From Hydrolagus colliei (Eukaryota), in NCBI GenBank assembly GCA_035084275.1, contig CM068742.1:72602001-72666000 (forward strand): a stretch of 64,000 nucleotides of DNA, written 5' to 3'. Positions 53,201-59,200 of this stretch are shown piece after piece; the stretch's first letter is position 1; each line of letters opens with the position of its first letter. The notes beneath the pieces were generated by a model. It searched no databases. It was not told where the DNA came from and saw only the letters and a program-made list of their open reading frames with translations. A program made the position numbers and the translations under genes.

Positions 53201-56200
53201 ACTGACTACTATGAGGAAAATTCTAAAGAAATGTTCACTCAAACCAGCTACAAGTAATTCAGATGAAAGCTCGGTTGGTATAGCACTGAGGAAAGCACTG
53301 AATCATAAACCAGAATGTCCTAGATAGGACTTCCAGTCCAAGTATCTTGCCCTATTCCTGGAAATTGTCAAGGATGCAAAATGGAAATAAGTGTGTTCCC
53401 CCACCCGTTTTCAGCCATCTGACTTCCTAAGCTACCTGAAAAGTCTGCATTTGATATATTAGCTGAAGACAAGATTGTGCTTAGCTCTGTTCATTCCGTC
53501 TCTCTCCCATGAGTTGAATAACCTTTCAAATATTTATGGTCTAGTCTCATACAAGAAGAATAACCACTTGGTTCAGGTATCAGCTGGTGCCCACAGTATT
53601 TTACATCAGTCAGTATCTTTCAAAGGAAAAATTCCTACTGTAATGAATGGAAAAGCTCCATTACAGTAGGAATACTGACAAAGTCCTCCCCATAACTGGC
53701 ATTGTTTTAATGGATACAGAGGCTGTACCATGAGGCAGCAATGTTGGCAATAAAAAAAGGTATCTAAATTGAAAAAAAACTTTTCAAAAAAAATTAGTCT
53801 CTAAATCATTTTTTTCATTAATAATACTCCTTGCATTTGACATCGCCTTATAAGGCGCATCAGCCTGGCTCAGTTAGTAACACTCTCACATCTGAATTAG
53901 AAGGTTCTGGGTTCTAGCCGCATGTCAGGAACCTAAAACCTCAAACCCAACAACAACTTGCTTTATACAGCACCTTTCACTTTATAGTAACAGGGTTGAA
54001 CACTGAGCAGGAAAGGGGAGAAAGGGGCGTGACCAAATAAAGAGGTGGGTTTTGAGATGTGAAAATAGATAAGGGGAGGAGGAGCAAGGCAGAAGAATAG
54101 AGTTGGGTGGGGGGGGAAAATTCCATAACACTATTTTAAAGAGCAGTGAGTTCTCCAATTGCCATGACAAAAAATGCACCAAACATTAATTGGGTTACTT
54201 TTCATTTCCCTCAGCTGCAGTTCCCTGAAAAACATGATAAAGGAGGTTTGTCATGAGTATAAAATGGCATATGTCCAACTAGCTCCTCCTAATAATAAAA
54301 AAGGATAATCCAGGATTTCACAATGTGTACTCAATTGATACTGCCCACATTTAAAAAGTGTTGATCAAATTAACTTGGTAGCTCACACTGAATACTTGCC
54401 TTCTGTGGTTTGAAGTCATACTTTACACAATGTTGGAATCCTTTCCCCTTTGATTTGATTGAAGTCACAATTAAACAACCACCAACAAAATGAGCAGAAT
54501 ATCCAAGTCCTTTGTTTGTACGAAAGCTGAAGAAAAAAGTATAAGTAAACATATTTAGCTTTACATTTTCATGGTAGACAAAGGTAGAAACATAAAAACT
54601 GCCAATAATGCAGCAATTGAGAAAAATCATTATGCTGAGAATTAGGGAACGGCGATTAATAGGTTTTTCGATTAAACCCAATGTGATTTTCACATCGGTG
54701 TGCCGATATGGTAATTCTAAAAAACCTATTATATCGAGGGATTCGATTTAAAAAATATACATTGATATATTTTTAATATCGTTCCTGGCAATATATCAAT
54801 ATTGTTGGTATTATCAGTGTAATGCGAGCTTTTCCAGCTTACCTTGTCGCCGGCATTGCAACCTCCTAGATCTAGAGCATGGAATGCGCGTACATTCGGT
54901 GCGCGCGCACAATTAACGGGCGCCCACATCCGATGCGCACGCACACTTTACTGTGTATACTCGACGTGAGTCGTGGCGTCTTAACAAAGTCGCATCGCTG
55001 AAAATTGTAGTTTGAAAATTTACCTTTCTCATCATGGGGAAAAGAAGCCCCGTATGGGACACTTTGAAAACAATGCAGTCAGTAATGGTGTGTATAGATG
55101 TACAGTTTGCAAGGTCTTGGTTAAGACATCTGATTCGAGCACGAGCAACCTGCGACATCACATTAAGCAGCACCACCCCGCCCAGCACGCTGCCCTCAGA
55201 GCGAAATCATTGTCGACAACAGAACAAAGTCGAACCAGCGCTTCGGAGAAAGCGACAGGTAGTGGGGCCAGTGCAGCTCAAACAATTCCTGCTTTATTTA
55301 AGAGGAGAACATTGTACCAGAGAGGGGACAAAAAGTGGCAAAGTATCACGAACGCTGTCACTTTTTAAGGAGAGCTTGCCAATGGCGAAGGACATTAATT
55401 CAGACTTCAGACTACATAAAAATAAGTGGCATTTTGTGGCTGTAAGTGTTATTTTTGTGTGTGAGAGAGTTAGAAGCCAGATTATCACTGCTTCTATGTG
55501 TGTGTCTAGTCAGACACACACAGCAGTGATAATCTGGCTTCTAACTCTAACAGTCAGACTGTCTGTCTCTCTCTTTTCTATTGTAATAGATCTCATTTAC
55601 ACGTGGACATTACATGCTACTTTCAAGCAAGAAATGGAGGAGAATAAATCTCTAGATTTTGTTTTTGGTGTGTGTGTGTTCTATTTTGAGAGAAGGAGAG
55701 GGGGAAAGTTGGGAGAGAAGGAGAAAGGAAGAGAGGAGAGGGAGGGAGAGAATGAGAGGGTGAAAGGAGGGAGAGAAGGAGCGAGGGGACAGGAGGGAGA
55801 GAAGGAGAGAGGAAGAGAGGAGAGGGAGGGAGGGAGGGAGAGAAGGAGCGAGGGGAAAGGAGGAGGGAGGGAGAGAGGGGAGGGAGAGAAGGAGAGGGGG
55901 AAAGTTGGGAGAGGAGAGAGGAAGAGAGAAGAAGGAGGGAGAGAATGAGAGGGTGAAAGGAGGGAGAGAAGGAGCGAGGGGACAGGAGGGAGAGAAGGAG
56001 AGAGGAAGAGAGGAGAGGGAGGGAGGGAGGGAGGGAGAGAAGGAGAGGGGGAAAGGAGGGAGAGAAGGAGCGAGGGGAAAGGAGGGAGAGAAGGAGAGGA
56101 GGAGAGGGAGGGAGAGAAGGAGAGGGGGAAAGGAGGGAGAGGAGACAGGGAGAGTGGAGGGGGAGGGAGAGAAGGAGAGGGGAAAGGAGGGAGAGAAGGG

Positions 56201-59200
56201 AGAGAGGGAGGGAGAGAAGGAGAGAGGGGAAGGAGAGAGGGGAGGGTGGGAGGGGGGGAGAGTGGAGGGGGAGGGAGAGAAGGAGAGGGGAAAAGAGGGA
56301 GAGAAGGAGAGAGGAGAGAAGGGAGAGAAGGAGAGGGGGAGGTAGGGAGCAAACAACATCGTATAATTCAACAGACCTTGACACCAACATTACAAACTTT
56401 CTGGACCTAGAGCACGCATTTCGAAATGTGCGTGCACCGCGACTGCGCGCGCATCGTCAGTGCGGACGCACCGTCAATGCGCGCGCACCGCGACTGAGCG
56501 CACACCATAAATGCGCGCGCGCCATCAATGCACGCGCACTTCGAATGCACGCGCATGCGCAGTATAAAAACTCGATAGATCGGTTTAAGCAGGTATGAGC
56601 CAACCGATATAACCATATCCGGAAAAATCCCATATCGCCGTTCCCTACTGAGAATATTGTAAGTCTATTACATCTTCAGGTTGCAATCACACCAATGTAC
56701 AACATAGCATGACAAAAAAACAAAACAATGCAAAACATTGAGCACCATTCAAACATCAACTGAATATTAATCATCCTTATTCCATTATAAATGTTTCCAT
56801 TCAGATTAGCTCAACCCATCAAACAAATCCTTGTAAAACTTCCAATACAAGGAGTTTTTTTTTTAAAAAGCACAAATAAACAAATCTTCCTAATGTCAAA
56901 TAGAAAAAAGCTGAATTTTTTCTGCTCATTTCATAGAATCATGGAGCACAGAAAGAGGCCATTCGGCCCATCATATCTGTGCTGTCTCTTTGAAAAGAGC
57001 TATCCAAATCAATCCCACTCCCTATAGACCTGCAAACTTGCCTTGTTTTCAGCCTCTCTGCTCCCATACTGTGGGAGCCTTACCTTCTCCCTTTCCTCCT
57101 TGAAGGCTGGTCTCAAGATCTTTCTCTTCAACCGTGCCTTCGGCTCCCCCACTAACTCTTCCCCCTTTCCTTCCCCCCACCACGACCCTTCTCCCCCCTC
57201 CCCCTGGTAATACACTACAGATCCAAACAACTCATTGTGTGAACAAAAATCTCTGCCTCCCTTCTGTTCTTTTAACAACTATTGTAAATCGCTGTCCTCA
57301 GGTTACCAACACACACACCAGTGGAAGTAGTTTCTCCTTGTACACCTTATCGAATCTCCTTATAATTTTGAAAACCTCAATTAAGTCTCCACTTAACCGT
57401 CTCTCCTCCAAGGAGAATAATCCTCGCTTCTCTAGCCTCTCCTGATAACTGAAGTACCTAATTTCTGGTACATTCCTGGTAAATTTCCTTTGCACCCTCT
57501 TCAATGCCTTAGCATCCTTCCTAAAGTGTGGTGCCCAGAACTGAACACAGTACTTTAGCTGAAGATTACAACAACATGCATTTATATAATGCTCTCCATG
57601 CCAGGCAGCATCTCAGAGCGCTTCACAATGGAGGAGCCAGAGGCCAAGCCAGGGGGAGGGGGAAGATGACCGTAACCGCTGTCAAGGAGGAGGCCAGACC
57701 CAGTAGAGCAGAGGCAGCAGGTACTGCTGTGAGGAGAGAGGTTACAGAGGTAGGGGGTGTAGAGGAGTTTAAACAAAAGAGTGAGGATCTTGATGTTGAT
57801 CCACTCTATGACAGGGAGCCTGTGCAGTTTGGCAAGGAACAGGGTCTAACCAGTATTCTAGATTTGAAAAATTTAATTATTTTATTTGCCACTTTTTATT
57901 ACCACATTTCCTGCAAACATCCTTTTAGCTTGCTCGTTTCTACATTGGTCTGCCTTTTGTTTTTAAACTTCATGTCACCGACATATACTGCTGCAACCAA
58001 ATTATCACATATACTATTGCAAGAGTTACAGCCACCACAAGTGAGAGATGACCTTTACATTCTAACTAGGTCAATAGATGACTTGCAGTCATAGGTAGGG
58101 AGAAACAATGGCTACATTTCTGTTCTCAGTCCTTTTACTGATCAAGCAGCTGAGCACTTTTACCTACACAGTCGTATCGCAGCAATTGTCAAAAAAGTTA
58201 ATACATTTGCATTTTATTCTTCACTACCAGTTCAATTTGCTTGTCCCCTTTAATTAAGATTCGTCACATCTCATTAGAACACCTAAATGAAGTCTACAGA
58301 AAAGTGCTTCATCTTGTGCAGAAAGTAGAAGGGAGAGAACAATTTAACAGAGACAAAATTAGCATTGGCAGTTCTCATAGAGAGGTTACTGGAGGCAAAA
58401 ATATGGGGCAGGATAAAACAGTAGGGAACTTTCTATACACTTACCAGTATAAGTAAGGTTTGTCCTTATCAACGTTAATGTTATTCAGTGGATCCATTCT
58501 GAGCCACGTGTGAAACGTAAAGCCATTCTGATATGGCCACTTAGCAATGGGAGGTAACGCGATAGCCTGAAACAAGAAAATATTCTATGAAAAAAGTCTC
58601 AAATTATCAAAAAATACCAATCTTCTAAAACTCTCATATAAAATTCTGATTAATTAATAAAAACTCACAGCAGCACTCTTCCCAGGAAAACTGAAGAAGG
58701 CATCTGGACCCAGTCTCTGTGGCACCTGTTTCAATACTGTGAGCAACTTCACTGCATGTGGAGGCTGTAAAAAAAGACACAAAGTCAAATCCATTCAAGG
58801 TGATATAAAAATGTGATTTTGCTTTAACATTAGAGATCGGGACTGAGTAACTAGAAACAAATGTATATTGTAAATATGATCTGTAATATTTTCCCATATC
58901 AGTGTAAATGCAGAGCAGATGTGGTGGCAATGTATGTAACATTGAAGAATGTCAAATGAAGGTCGAAATTAAGTGCTGCAGTAATATAGATGGACCACTA
59001 CATGTTTACCATATACATAAATTATCTGGATTAAAGTATGAGGTTCAATATCAAAATCTGGTATCAAACTGGGGATTGAGGGGTAAAGAAATAAAGAGAT
59101 CTAGGGATTTAGATCCACAAATCTCTCTAAATAATATCTATACAGTCAGATAAGGTCAATGCTATATTGGTGAAATGTTTAATATGTTCAAAAGCTTTGT

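Larger units (their letters stand above)
54643..56647 (+). mobile_element. hAT deletion derivative (TAGGGAACGGCG ends) with BED-finger transposase remnant
   Basis: TIRs TAGGGAACGGCGAT / ATCGCCGTTCCCTA; 8-bp TSD CTGAGAAT. Confidence 0.93.

Noticed and set aside
55034-56390. 304-aa and 223-255-aa ORFs
   Set aside because: Only the first residues (MGKRSPVW) are transposase; the rest is out-of-frame or polypurine repeat
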